62,293 bases of DNA, from positions 1 to 62,293 of the IMG/VR virus record IMGVR_UViG_3300025687_000003; one strand, written 5' to 3'. The stretch comes from a virus. Lineage: Duplodnaviria; Caudoviricetes. Position 1 is the stretch's first letter, and each line of letters begins with the position of its first letter. The notes below the pieces were generated by a model. It saw only the letters and a list, made by a program, of their open reading frames with translations. It ran no database searches and was not told the DNA's origin. Below are positions 9,892-19,816 of this stretch, one piece after another. A program made the position numbers and the translations under genes.

Positions 9892-11310
9892 CTACGTGTC
9901 CTCGACGCTGCCGACCTCGGCGGTGTCTCGGGGCCCGGGGCGCTTGTGCTGCGCCCCGGCACCGGGAGCCAGCCCCGCCTTGATGTTCTGGCGCTTGCGC
10001 TCCCGGAAGTCCTGCCTGCGTCCGCGCTGCTGCTTCTTGGCGACGCGCGTGTATTCGCGCAGCACCTGACGGTCGTCCGCCCCCTCGTAGCCCATCTCCT
10101 TCTTGAAGGTGGTGTACGGGGACGACTCCAACAGGTACTGGCGGGCCTCGACCACAGGCGGGTGCTCCGGGTGTTCCTCGATGGCGTCCATGATCTGGAC
10201 GTAGCGGTCGAGCGCGTCCGACTCCGGCACGATCTCCAGGCCAGGCAGCAGCTGCTTCTGGGGGTCGTAGCCCTCGTAGTCGATGACGCCGTCACCGTCG
10301 GTGTCTTCGCCCTTCGGCAGGAAGGTCGGGGCCTGGGCCTGGATCTCCTCCCACGACGGGAGCTTGCCGGCGCCGAGGTATCCCAGCTTCTCGACCGTCT
10401 GCTGGTAGTCCGAGCCGACCTGCGCCTTGTGCTGGATGGCGGCGTTGCGCAGGAACTCGTAGTGGCCCGTCGCGACGCCTTTGACCGAGCCGTCAGCCAT
10501 GGTCTGGGCGCGCTCGGGGTTCAGACGGTCGACCTTGGCCAGCAGGTCCGGGACGTCCGTGCCTGTGACGGCGGCGACGGCCGCGATGTCGTTGAACACC
10601 GCCGCGGCTTCCTTCGGATCGAGCTGCGCCATGTCGCCGGCGCCGGACTCCAGCAGGCGGCGCGTGATGAACCGCGCGCCGTCGATCTTCAGGGACTCCG
10701 CCTCGGGTGTGCCCGGCTGGGGGAGCACCCCCGCCAGCTTGTCGTTGCCGACCATGGAGGGGTTCAGCGCCTCGCCGCCCAGGGCGGCGTACATCAGCAG
10801 CATGTTGGGGTCGATGCCCCCGGGGCCTGTCTGGGCCCCGCTGTTACGGATGATGCCCTGCAGGAAGGCCTCCCCCGGCTGGCTGAGCCCGGACAGCTCC
10901 TGCGTCATGCGCTCCAGGTGCGCGGCCTCGCGCTGCAGGCCGGCGGCGTGGACCTGGGCGGACACAGCCTTGAGGTGCGCGTCGTGCCCGAGCTTGGCCT
11001 GGAACAGACCCATCTCCGTCACGTACTGCTGCGTCAGCGCGTCGAGTCCGGCGGTGTAGTAGTTCTGTTGAAGCTGGCCGTACTCGGCGTTGACCTTCGC
11101 CAACTCCAGGCGCTTCTCCTCCGCCGTCATCAGGTTCGGGTAGGGGTCGCGTGCGGCGAAGGCAGCGGCACCGCCCTCCCGGCCGGACGCCACAGCGCCT
11201 GTGCCGGAGATGGCCTGGGCCGCCAGCCGCGCGCGATGCTGGCGTCTCTCCCGCACGTAGTTCATGGCGGTGTCGAGCTCGGCCTGGCTCATCTCGTACG
11301 CCGGCATCAC
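9892..11310 (-). CDS. Putative internal virion/ejection protein
   Basis: 472 aa, helical, positional inference. Confidence 0.55.
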   Translation of the reverse strand: MMPAYEMSQAELDTAMNYVRERRQHRARLAAQAISGTGAVASGREGGAAAFAARDPYPNLMTAEEKRLELAKVNAEYGQLQQNYYTAGLDALTQQYVTEMGLFQAKLGHDAHLKAVSAQVHAAGLQREAAHLERMTQELSGLSQPGEAFLQGIIRNSGAQTGPGGIDPNMLLMYAALGGEALNPSMVGNDKLAGVLPQPGTPEAESLKIDGARFITRRLLESGAGDMAQLDPKEAAAVFNDIAAVAAVTGTDVPDLLAKVDRLNPERAQTMADGSVKGVATGHYEFLRNAAIQHKAQVGSDYQQTVEKLGYLGAGKLPSWEEIQAQAPTFLPKGEDTDGDGVIDYEGYDPQKQLLPGLEIVPESDALDRYVQIMDAIEEHPEHPPVVEARQYLLESSPYTTFKKEMGYEGADDRQVLREYTRVAKKQQRGRRQDFRERKRQNIKAGLAPGAGAQHKRPGPRDTAEVGSVEDT

Positions 11311-11753
11311 ATCCCCCCAGCGCCCGGGATCATCCCGGCCATCGCCTGCCCGCCCGCGTCCATGGCGTCGAACGCGTACTTCATGGCGACCTGGCGCCGT
11401 CGTGCGTCTTCAGCGCGCTGGCTTTGCCCCAGCGTCAGGGCCTCAGCCCGGCGTGCCTGGGTCGCTGCTTCCTTGAACGCCCCGGCCTGGCCGCTGGCCT
11501 GGACAGCGGCGGTAGACGCCTGCTTCTGGGCCTGGTCGGCTGCGCCCTTGTACACGTCCTGCTGCACGGTGCCCTCGGCGGACGCCTGCGCCATCTCGTT
11601 GGCGGCGGACTGCTGGGAACGAAGCGCAGCTTCGGCCTGGTCCTGGGCCTGGTCCTGGAATTGCTGGGTCTCGCGATCTGACACCAGGTTGCCGCTCAGC
11701 GCCTTGCCGAGCTGCTGCTTGGTGTACTTGCGCATGGTCTGGTTCAAAGGCAC
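11307..11753 (-). CDS. Putative small ejection protein
   Basis: 148 aa, Q/A-rich coiled coil with a Gly-rich hydrophobic C-terminus. Confidence 0.5.
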   Translation of the reverse strand: MPLNQTMRKYTKQQLGKALSGNLVSDRETQQFQDQAQDQAEAALRSQQSAANEMAQASAEGTVQQDVYKGAADQAQKQASTAAVQASGQAGAFKEAATQARRAEALTLGQSQRAEDARRRQVAMKYAFDAMDAGGQAMAGMIPGAGGM

Positions 11754-11757
11754 GGAC

Positions 11758-11949
11758 TCAGCCTCGCTTGACCCGGTAGCGCCGAAGCGCGCTCATGGAA
11801 GCCCCGGCGTTCTGCGCCGCCTGCTGGGACGCTGCGGCCTCCAGGGGTTCGCCGCGCTCGATCTTGTCGACCTCCTCCTCGGAGGTCTCCTTCATGTTGC
11901 CGGCCGCCTTCTGGACGGTCTGCATGATGGCTTTGATGGGCATGCTCAT
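11758..11949 (-). CDS. Hypothetical protein
   Basis: 63 aa, ATGA coupling, GGAG RBS. Confidence 0.65.
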   Translation of the reverse strand: MSMPIKAIMQTVQKAAGNMKETSEEEVDKIERGEPLEAAASQQAAQNAGASMSALRRYRVKRG

Positions 11950-13049
11950 ACGGCAGACTCCCCTTGCAGCTCGCCGGTGCGAAGGTACGCCTTCAGCTCG
12001 GCCATGTTCGCAGGCTTGCGCCCGTGTGCGCGCTCGAACTCGGCGATGATGGTCTCGCCCTCCGTCGGGGGCTCTTCCCCGCGCAGGGCCTTCCCCGCAG
12101 CGGCCCCGAGAGCAGCGCCGGGGGCGTTGACGGCGCGGGCGTTCTCCATACCCGCATCGACAGCAGACCCTGGAGGGGTGTCCAGCGCCGCGTCCCGAAG
12201 CGCGCCCCCGGCGGCAGCACCCAGGGCAGCGCCCGGGACGTTGACGGCGCGGGCTGCCTGTAGCCCCTTCTGCGCCGCTCGCGCCGCCTTCCCTGCCTGG
12301 GGGGTCGCCGCCTCGACGCGCTGCTGTCGCTCCAGGGCGTCCTGGCCCGGCACTCGCGCCATGTCGGAGCGGATGACGGTGGTGCCGGCGTCGAAGGTCG
12401 GGAGCACCTCCGGGCCCTCCGCGGACGCATCGACCACGTCTGCAGCAGTCCCCTTGAACTCGATGTCGTCGTGGGGGGAAGGCTCCACGGCCAGGCCGTC
12501 GCCAGATGCCGGGTCGCTGCCCAGGGGCGGAGACCCCGGCCCTGCGTCAGCTCCAGGCTTCGTCGCGGCGATGGCGTCGAACGCGGGGTCGCCGGGGCGG
12601 ACCTCGGCGCTGACGCCACGAGCCTTGTTCTCCGTCACGAAGTACACGTTGCCGGCGGCGTCGATGTACTCCGTGTAGGTCCAAGGGTCGCCGGGCTGCG
12701 TCCAGGACGTGGTCTCTCCGGCGGCCCGCGCCATGGCCTCGTTCCGGCGCTGGTCGCGCGGGATCTCGAAGTCCTCGGACCCCTCGTACTCCGGGGTGAA
12801 GAACTCCGGGTCGAAGTAGCTGTCGATGTTGGCCTTGGCGGCGTCGGCATCCATGACGCCCTGCTCCAGGGCACCCGCCACGGTGGCGACGCGGTCGGCC
12901 TCTCCGGAGACCTGGTGCGGCACGGCGACCTGTTCCGGGATGTCGGCGTCTTCCGCAGCCTCGTCCATGGCCTCGCGGATCGCGTCCTTGTCCTTGCCGT
13001 CATCGCCCTTCAGCAGGTCCGTGACTTTCTTGCGCAGCTGACGGGCCAT
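11946..13049 (-). CDS. Acidic virion-associated hypothetical protein with an internal duplication
   Basis: AGGAG RBS; ARAVN(V/A)PGAALGAAAG(G/K)ALR occurs twice. Confidence 0.7.
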   Translation of the reverse strand: MARQLRKKVTDLLKGDDGKDKDAIREAMDEAAEDADIPEQVAVPHQVSGEADRVATVAGALEQGVMDADAAKANIDSYFDPEFFTPEYEGSEDFEIPRDQRRNEAMARAAGETTSWTQPGDPWTYTEYIDAAGNVYFVTENKARGVSAEVRPGDPAFDAIAATKPGADAGPGSPPLGSDPASGDGLAVEPSPHDDIEFKGTAADVVDASAEGPEVLPTFDAGTTVIRSDMARVPGQDALERQQRVEAATPQAGKAARAAQKGLQAARAVNVPGAALGAAAGGALRDAALDTPPGSAVDAGMENARAVNAPGAALGAAAGKALRGEEPPTEGETIIAEFERAHGRKPANMAELKAYLRTGELQGESAV

Positions 13050-13098
13050 GGAGGTCTCCTCATGTCCGGCCTATGCCGTGACCAGGCCTCCGTCAACC

Positions 13099-13971
13099 TC
13101 AGCGCTGAACGGTGACCTCGAAGTATCGGGTCTTGAAGCGCAGGATACGGTGCCTGCTGAACGCACGCAAGCTCGCTGTGTGGAAGCCTTGGCTCCGGGG
13201 GCTGACGCTCAGGGGGCCGCCCCAGGCGGTGATCGCGGCCGCGTCGATCATGGCGCTGAACTCCCACGTCTGGAAGTCCGAGTGCTTGATCAGGTTGTTC
13301 GCGGGGCTGTTCTGGTAGTCCGCCGCAGGGACCGTCGTCGACCGCCCTTCCGGAATGCGCTTCAGCAGGTACGGGTGCGGCACGCCGTTGACGAACAGCC
13401 GGAGCACTCCTGCGTCCTTTCCGCGCTTGAACTCCGTGGTCTCCATCGTCTTGGCGGAGCCTCCGTAGCGGTCCTCCGTGTCCTTCGCCCCGTACTTGGA
13501 GAGGGACCCGCGCTGGTACAGACCAGGGCCCGTGACGTAGCTCACACGCCAGGTGATGCGCACCCACGATGCCCCGTCGTACGGCACGTGGATCGGCGCG
13601 CTCATGCCGGGGATGGTGATGTACGGCAGCTCGTCGGCGCCGAACACGACCTGGTCCTGCGCGCTGTAGACGTTGGTCGTGACGCGGGCGTCGGTGTAGT
13701 CCTTGCCGAAGTTGGGGAAGAGGAAGTCCCCGACGAAGTCCACGTTCGCTGTGGCACCGAACTGCGCACCGCGCGACCAGGCCCCGCGCTGGACGTGCCT
13801 CCGCTGGAACTTCATGGCCGCGTGCGTGTTGTCGTAGTTCAGGTGTCCGTTGGACTCCCCGAGTTCGGATCCGTCGCCCTTCGGGAAGTAGACCTTGCGG
13901 TTGAGGTCGTGGGCGGTCGGGACGTCGTCTGTGACGAGCGCGGTCGGGTCGTTGTCTGCAATGTCGGCCAT
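13099..13971 (-). CDS. Putative tail protein
   Basis: 290 aa, beta-rich, GGAGG RBS, follows the nozzle cluster. Confidence 0.55.
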   Translation of the reverse strand: MADIADNDPTALVTDDVPTAHDLNRKVYFPKGDGSELGESNGHLNYDNTHAAMKFQRRHVQRGAWSRGAQFGATANVDFVGDFLFPNFGKDYTDARVTTNVYSAQDQVVFGADELPYITIPGMSAPIHVPYDGASWVRITWRVSYVTGPGLYQRGSLSKYGAKDTEDRYGGSAKTMETTEFKRGKDAGVLRLFVNGVPHPYLLKRIPEGRSTTVPAADYQNSPANNLIKHSDFQTWEFSAMIDAAAITAWGGPLSVSPRSQGFHTASLRAFSRHRILRFKTRYFEVTVQR

Positions 13972-14835
13972 CTACAGGTCCTCCCGCAACAGCGGCTCGA
14001 GCGTCAGCCCCCACTGCCCCAGCCACCAAGAGTCCTCCGTCATCGTGGTGCTGCCGAACGCTTGGTCCTGGCGGATGCAGACGCATAGCCCGATGTTCGT
14101 GATCTGCGCGCCGGCGCCGATAAAGCCGCCGGGGTCCAGGTCGTTGATCGTGGACGAGCGGATCACGGCCCTCGTGTGCATGTCGTCCTTGTTCAGCACG
14201 GACGGGTACATCCGCATGCTCCGAGGGATGACGATCTTGCGAGGGCTCCCTGCGTAGTCGTCGATCTCTACGAAGATCCCGACCATGGGGCTGATCAGCG
14301 TCGGTTCGTAGCCGAGGGCAATGAGCGCGGCACGCACGGTCTCGTCCACGTACTCGACGGTGACGAAGCCGTCGACCTTGACCTCCCAGGCGCCTGTCGA
14401 GAACAGCCCGGTGTCAAGGGGGATAGCGCACGCCACCTCGGCGGAGTCCGTGGTGCTGTTGTTGCGGGCGACCACGCACCAGCCGGGGTTCGTGTCGGCG
14501 CCGTAGGGGGCGTTCGCCCCCGCCGTCCTGAAGGCGCTGGCGGTGTAGTAGTCGGGGTACGCCATGGTCGGGGTGCCGTACGCCAGCTGGTTGATGTGGC
14601 TCTCGTACCGCTCCGCTCCCAGGGGGTCCGTGTCGTCGTGGCCGCCGTACGCGCTGAGTTCCCCGAAGGGCGTCGCGAAGACGCCGCCCGTCGGCCCCGC
14701 CTTCGGCAGATGCGGCCACCCGAGCGCGGCCCGGTCGACGTCCTGGACCTGCAGGTCGTTGTACAGCCCGTACAGGTCCGTGATGCGGTCGTTGAGCGAC
14801 GCCTGGTTGAACGGGTCCTGGTCACGAACGGTCAT
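13972..14835 (-). CDS. Putative tail protein
   Basis: ATG 14835 overlaps the upstream stop. Confidence 0.55.
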   Translation of the reverse strand: MTVRDQDPFNQASLNDRITDLYGLYNDLQVQDVDRAALGWPHLPKAGPTGGVFATPFGELSAYGGHDDTDPLGAERYESHINQLAYGTPTMAYPDYYTASAFRTAGANAPYGADTNPGWCVVARNNSTTDSAEVACAIPLDTGLFSTGAWEVKVDGFVTVEYVDETVRAALIALGYEPTLISPMVGIFVEIDDYAGSPRKIVIPRSMRMYPSVLNKDDMHTRAVIRSSTINDLDPGGFIGAGAQITNIGLCVCIRQDQAFGSTTMTEDSWWLGQWGLTLEPLLREDL

Positions 14836-15548
14836 CGCGCACGCTCCGTGATGTGGCACTCGGCCCAAAAGATCCAGGCCCCAAGAGCGTCAGACGTGGC
14901 AGTCAGGTTCTCCCCCGGCTGCGGCTGGACCCAGATGGCGGCGTGCACGGTGTGCCTCCCACGAGGCACGGGCACGGTGACCTCCATGTCGAACGGCAGC
15001 GTCACCCAGCCCACGCCCTGGTCCATGTTGGGCATCTCGGAACCCTCGTCCAGGCCCCCGATCACGGACTCGGAGATCAGCGCGCCGTTCAGGAACACAC
15101 CGAACTTGTAGCACCGGACGTTGTTCTCCCACTTGTAGCCGGCGCCCTGCCCTCCGACCTGGATGCACAGGCGGCACGAGTCCATGTCTTTGGTCAGGGA
15201 CGTGCCGGCGATGGTGATCCAGGTCTGCGTCTCCGTCACCAGCTGCGCGTTGTTGATCGCGAAGACCTCGATCGCCGACGACGTGTTGGCGAGCCACGGC
15301 CCGTTGTAGCCCAGGGCGAGGGCTCCAGGGACGTCAGCAGAGAACCCGGAGTCCGTGTACGCCGTGCGCACCAGCGCCCCCGCGTCGAAGTCGCCGTCGA
15401 GCTCGGTGTTCTTCAGCGCGCCTGCGTCGAAGTCGTGCTCGTTGACAGCGCCCAGCCTCTCCTCGAACGGCCGAACGGCCTCCTCGTAGTCCTCGGGAGA
15501 CAGCGAGCCGGTGACCAGGATCCTGCGCTTGGGGTGCGTGTGCGCCAT
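14832..15548 (-). CDS. Putative tail protein
   Basis: 238 aa with a C-terminal beta-sandwich pattern. Confidence 0.55.
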   Translation of the reverse strand: MAHTHPKRRILVTGSLSPEDYEEAVRPFEERLGAVNEHDFDAGALKNTELDGDFDAGALVRTAYTDSGFSADVPGALALGYNGPWLANTSSAIEVFAINNAQLVTETQTWITIAGTSLTKDMDSCRLCIQVGGQGAGYKWENNVRCYKFGVFLNGALISESVIGGLDEGSEMPNMDQGVGWVTLPFDMEVTVPVPRGRHTVHAAIWVQPQPGENLTATSDALGAWIFWAECHITERAR

Positions 15549-17908
15549 CAGCTGCCGCTCCTTCCGCCTTCAAGTGCTCCGCCGCCGATGTCTGCGGCGG
15601 AGCTGGCCTCCAGGTACTGGATGCCGACGAACTCCGCGTCGCCGGTGAACGTCAGCTTCACGCGGAAGCTCGACGCCTTCGGGATGAAGTCATCGAGCTT
15701 CTGCCAGAACGGCCGGCGGGTCTCCCAGCGCACCAGGTCCTTGCCCCGGGGGTTGAGCGCGGAGTGCAGCTTGCGGTGGGGCGCGGAGCCTCCGACGATG
15801 CTGGCGCCCCAGAACCCAGGGGCGTCCGCGTCGGGGTAGTTGCGAGGCGCCTTGGCGGACGTGGCCTCGAGCGTGGACGTGGCCCGCCGGCGGAAGTCCC
15901 GGAAGCTCTCGAACTTGATGCGGGTGTTCCCTGTCTCGACGAGCCACAGCAGGAAGCGCGGGACGGTCACCGCCATCTGGCTGGTGGTGCGCCGTAGCCA
16001 GGAGGTCTCGATCCACGCCTCGCGGGTCTCGGCGGTGCTGCGATGCACTCCGTCCCCGTCGTGGTCCAGCACGTAGACGGAGGACACCACGGCGTTGGCG
16101 CGGGCGCCGTGTTGGTCGAGCACGGACATCGTGGCGTCGCCAGCAGCCAGTAGGTACTGCCGCTCGTCGTTCGTGGCACAGACGGCCTGCACCTGGACGT
16201 CGTCCCGCGTGCTCCAGCCGGAGCTGTTGAACACGAACGTCAGGTTGTTCTCCGCGGAGCCGTCCACGGGCACGGAGCACCGGTACTCGCCGCGGACGGG
16301 GTCCACTGCAGCGCACGCGCGCAGGGCCCAGTTGGGGTTGATGCGCCGGACGTTGCGGCGCAGGTCTGCGCTGATGGGCACCGGGGCCTCGGCGCCGGCC
16401 GCCCAGGCGAAGAACCCCTCGCGCGCCAGCCACACGACGGTGCCATCGAACAGCGTCTTCACGGTGTCCGGGCTCACGCACCCCACGCGCGTGCTGATGG
16501 AGGCCACGCGGAAGCCCTCGCCGAAGTCGTTGTTCGTCACGAGGAAGACGGAGCTCTCCGTGAACGCCAGCAGGCCTCCAGGCACGGCGTGCAGGGCCGT
16601 GACCTCGCCGCGGACGTCGGGGTAGATGCGCTGCCCTGCTTCGAAGGTGCCGTACACGCCGGGCAGCGAGGGCATGATCCGCCCGGGGTCGCCGCGGCAG
16701 TTGCCGATCCACAGCCGGCCCAGGGCCAGCGTGGCTACCTTGAACTCCGGCACGGGCTCCAGCTCCCGCGCGGGGCGCACCAGCCAGCTGTCCGGGATGT
16801 TGTCAGGGTACACGGTGCTGGTGCTGCCGGGCAGGGTCACGACAGCCAGCTGCCCCGCGGTGGCGTAGTCCAGCAGCTGGTAGAACGAGGCGTCGCCGGA
16901 GTTGACCAGGTCCTTCGTGCGGTACAGATTCGTGCCCAGGACGGGGCTGCGCACGTCGGACGTGTCGAGGTCCCACCGGACCTGGACCTTCAGCCGGTCC
17001 ACGCTCTGCTGCACGGTCTTCCGGCGGCGGTCGACGGTGACGTTCTCCTCCTGGGCGCACGTCACGGCGCCGCTGGCTGCGCTCAGGGGGCTGCGGTTGC
17101 CCCAGATGTCCACCAGCTGCGAGCGGCACCGCCACTCCCCTCGGTGAAGCTCGCCGCCGTTGGGGTTGGTCTTGGCGCCGGCCGTGCCGAACGTGGTCGC
17201 GTTCGGCGTGACCGTACCGATGCGGTGGGGCCCAAACACAGGGGGGATCGCGCGCATGTCGGCGGCGATGCCTGTGGCGATGCCATCGGCAGGGTAGTCC
17301 GACGTGGTGCGGTAGCCACCCATGTTGGCGCCGTCGTCGTACTCGGTGTCGCTGGTCGACGAGTAGATCGCCGACTGCGGTCCGAACCCCTGCGGCGGAG
17401 CGGGGGCGGCGTCGAAGCCCAGGGGGCCCACAAGGCTCCCGTCGTAGAACAGCGCCCTGGCGTAGTCGCCGCCGCCCTGGGGGATGACGATGACGCCCAG
17501 GGGCGTGGACACGAACTGCGTCAGGAAGCACCGCGCGCGGGCCGACTCCAGACTCCAGGTCCAGTCGGCCCCAGAACCCGACACCAACGAGGCCCAGCGG
17601 CTGCCGTGCGTCGCCCAGCCCCTGTGCTCGTACAGGGTGCCTCCGGCGTGCACCAGCAGGATGTCCCGGCCCCCCTCCAGCTTGTGGTGGTGGATGCCGT
17701 GGACGGTGCCGGAGATGTTGTCCGACGTCCCCCCGCCCTCCAGCTGGATCGGCTGGTAGAGCACGGGGCCGTGCACCGCCCGAAGGGTGCCCTCCTCCGT
17801 CTCCCGGAAGTTGTGCACAGCCGCGCCGGCCCGCTCCTCGGAGAGCAGGTCGTCGTTGATGCCCCGGATGTCCAGGACGTCGCTGCGGCGGCTGTGGTGG
17901 GAGAACAC
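15548..17908 (-). CDS. Tail nozzle/tubular protein B-like beta-propeller
   Basis: 786 aa; GRLWIG, GEVTALH, LLAFTESSVF, VGCVSPDTV, VWLAREGFF blades typical of P22 gp10/T7 gp12-type proteins. Confidence 0.7.
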   Translation of the reverse strand: MFSHHSRRSDVLDIRGINDDLLSEERAGAAVHNFRETEEGTLRAVHGPVLYQPIQLEGGGTSDNISGTVHGIHHHKLEGGRDILLVHAGGTLYEHRGWATHGSRWASLVSGSGADWTWSLESARARCFLTQFVSTPLGVIVIPQGGGDYARALFYDGSLVGPLGFDAAPAPPQGFGPQSAIYSSTSDTEYDDGANMGGYRTTSDYPADGIATGIAADMRAIPPVFGPHRIGTVTPNATTFGTAGAKTNPNGGELHRGEWRCRSQLVDIWGNRSPLSAASGAVTCAQEENVTVDRRRKTVQQSVDRLKVQVRWDLDTSDVRSPVLGTNLYRTKDLVNSGDASFYQLLDYATAGQLAVVTLPGSTSTVYPDNIPDSWLVRPARELEPVPEFKVATLALGRLWIGNCRGDPGRIMPSLPGVYGTFEAGQRIYPDVRGEVTALHAVPGGLLAFTESSVFLVTNNDFGEGFRVASISTRVGCVSPDTVKTLFDGTVVWLAREGFFAWAAGAEAPVPISADLRRNVRRINPNWALRACAAVDPVRGEYRCSVPVDGSAENNLTFVFNSSGWSTRDDVQVQAVCATNDERQYLLAAGDATMSVLDQHGARANAVVSSVYVLDHDGDGVHRSTAETREAWIETSWLRRTTSQMAVTVPRFLLWLVETGNTRIKFESFRDFRRRATSTLEATSAKAPRNYPDADAPGFWGASIVGGSAPHRKLHSALNPRGKDLVRWETRRPFWQKLDDFIPKASSFRVKLTFTGDAEFVGIQYLEASSAADIGGGALEGGRSGS

Positions 17909-17914
17909 GGAGGG

Positions 17915-18205
17915 CTACTCCTTCGGCTGGGGCCCGGCGTAGAAGGTGCCGTAGACCGGCTTGGCCGTCTTGGTGCCGGGCCAGGGCTTGGCGATCAGGG
18001 CCAGCCGCGCCATGCGGTGACTGCCGGCGTCGAACGAGATGGTGCCGCCCAGCTCGGGGATGAAGGCGTAGCCGCGCGCGACCTTGCCCGGGTCCTGGAC
18101 CACGGTGACCATGACGAACTGGATGTCCTGCTTGGTCTCCGGGTCGACGCTGCGGTACAGGCCGCCGGCGACCAAGGGAGGGGCGACGACTTTGGGATCT
18201 GCCAT
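17915..18205 (-). CDS. Hypothetical protein
   Basis: AGGAG RBS, 96 aa. Confidence 0.7.
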   Translation of the reverse strand: MADPKVVAPPLVAGGLYRSVDPETKQDIQFVMVTVVQDPGKVARGYAFIPELGGTISFDAGSHRMARLALIAKPWPGTKTAKPVYGTFYAGPQPKE

Positions 18206-18215
18206 GGAGAGGCTC

Positions 18216-19730
18216 CTACGGGTACGATGACTGGTCGGTGTCCCCAGGGCGCAGGTTGCGCAACTCGGAACGGGAGACGTGGCCCTTGCGACGGCCGGGG
18301 AGTCCGGTGTGCACGGGCTGAGACGCGGGGATGCCAGTGCCCTGGCGCCGCTTGTGGCGGGCGAGGCGCATCCGGTAGTCCTTCATGGCCAGGCCCTCCC
18401 CCGCGTAGTTGCCGTTCGCGCGGTGGACCTTGGCCTTCACCAGGTCGATGATGCACGCGGCACCGATCTTGGTCACGTTCAGGACCTGCGTCATCGTCTC
18501 GATGCGGTGGCTGCGCCATCCGGCGACCAGCACCATCTCGTAGCGCTTGTCGGGCAACGGCCAGAAGTCGAGGGCGTGGTACGCGCCGGGGTACGGCGCC
18601 GGGGTGTTCCGGTCGGGCGTGATGGAGCCGTCGTCCGTCCACGTCGTGACGTGCCCGTCGAGCTCGGTCATCAGGTACGCGCGCTGGTCGAAGTCGGTCA
18701 GGGCGTTGCCGGCGCTGTCCGTGATGCGCTTGCGGTAGATCCGCGTCTTCCAGCCCGACTTCTGGTAGCGGAGCACGGCCGCGTCGTGGAACCCCGCGGT
18801 GAAGTCCATGTTGGGGAACGTGACGTCGACGCCCTTGGTCGTGACGACGATCGTGTCCGAGCCGCGGCTCAGCGCGGACTCCTGCCATGGCTTGTAGCGG
18901 GTGGTGCTCGCCGAGGTCGCGCTTTGGGTGTGCGGGTTGCCGTGGTTGACCCAGATTTCCTGCTTCCCCCAGACGAGGCTGCGGAAGTACTGGAACTCGC
19001 CGGCCGGCTCCGGACCGACCCAGTTGTCCTCCGACTCCGCCACGGTCGGGCGGAGGTGGGGACCTTCGATCGGCTCCATGTGGGTGCGCCAGAACGACGT
19101 CGGGACGCCCTCGGCGCGGGCGCCGTCGCTCTCCCTGTTCCTCAGCCAGGCCACGGCCTGCTCGGGGAGCACGCCCTCCAGCGGCGCGTACTGCTGGTCC
19201 TTGACGTAGAGGTACTTGACCTCCATCACCTCCGGAGGGAGCACCACGGCCTTGGTCTGGATGATCCACTCGAGCACGGACGACGCTGTGTTGCCCCAGG
19301 GCGCGGACAGCGAGACGTAGGTGTAGCCCCCGGCGCTCCAGACCTCGCGGATCTGGAAGTCGTGGTACTGCTTGGGGTGCCCCGACACGGCCTCCGCGGG
19401 GTCGTGCACCATCAGCTTGCGTCCGGTCCACTCCCGGTAGGTCTCCCACGCGACGATGTCGGCGTGGGCGTCGGCCAGGACGCGCTTCAGCACGTAGGGG
19501 TCGGCCGTGGTCTCCAGCAGGTCTGTCGTCGGGGACGTCGGCCGCGTGTCGGGCTCTACGCGGAAGTGGACCTCGCGCTCGTTGAAGAAGAACGGCGCGT
19601 CCTCGGCGAGGGTCTCTTGGGCCTTCTGGATGTGCCGGATCAGCCGACGCTCCCACTCCGCGGAGCCTTGGGGGGAGTGGTCGACCTCGGCGATGACCTC
19701 TTCGAGGATCTCGTGGACAGGAAGGGCCAT
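18216..19730 (-). CDS. Head-tail adaptor-like protein with insertions
   Basis: Helical termini, FWPLPDKRY motif, located between the capsid genes and the nozzle. Confidence 0.55.
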   Translation of the reverse strand: MALPVHEILEEVIAEVDHSPQGSAEWERRLIRHIQKAQETLAEDAPFFFNEREVHFRVEPDTRPTSPTTDLLETTADPYVLKRVLADAHADIVAWETYREWTGRKLMVHDPAEAVSGHPKQYHDFQIREVWSAGGYTYVSLSAPWGNTASSVLEWIIQTKAVVLPPEVMEVKYLYVKDQQYAPLEGVLPEQAVAWLRNRESDGARAEGVPTSFWRTHMEPIEGPHLRPTVAESEDNWVGPEPAGEFQYFRSLVWGKQEIWVNHGNPHTQSATSASTTRYKPWQESALSRGSDTIVVTTKGVDVTFPNMDFTAGFHDAAVLRYQKSGWKTRIYRKRITDSAGNALTDFDQRAYLMTELDGHVTTWTDDGSITPDRNTPAPYPGAYHALDFWPLPDKRYEMVLVAGWRSHRIETMTQVLNVTKIGAACIIDLVKAKVHRANGNYAGEGLAMKDYRMRLARHKRRQGTGIPASQPVHTGLPGRRKGHVSRSELRNLRPGDTDQSSYP

Positions 19731-19769
19731 GTCTACGCCTACCTCGCGCGAGGGGTGCCTGTCAAACGA

Positions 19770-19798
19770 CGAAGGCCGGGCACAGGGCCCGGCCTTCG
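19770..19798 (-). terminator. Intrinsic terminator after the capsid genes
   Basis: 12-bp GC stem with 5-nt loop, followed by TCGTTT on the minus strand. Confidence 0.7.
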
Positions 19799-19816
19799 CG
19801 TAGCGCTGCTACGGCA

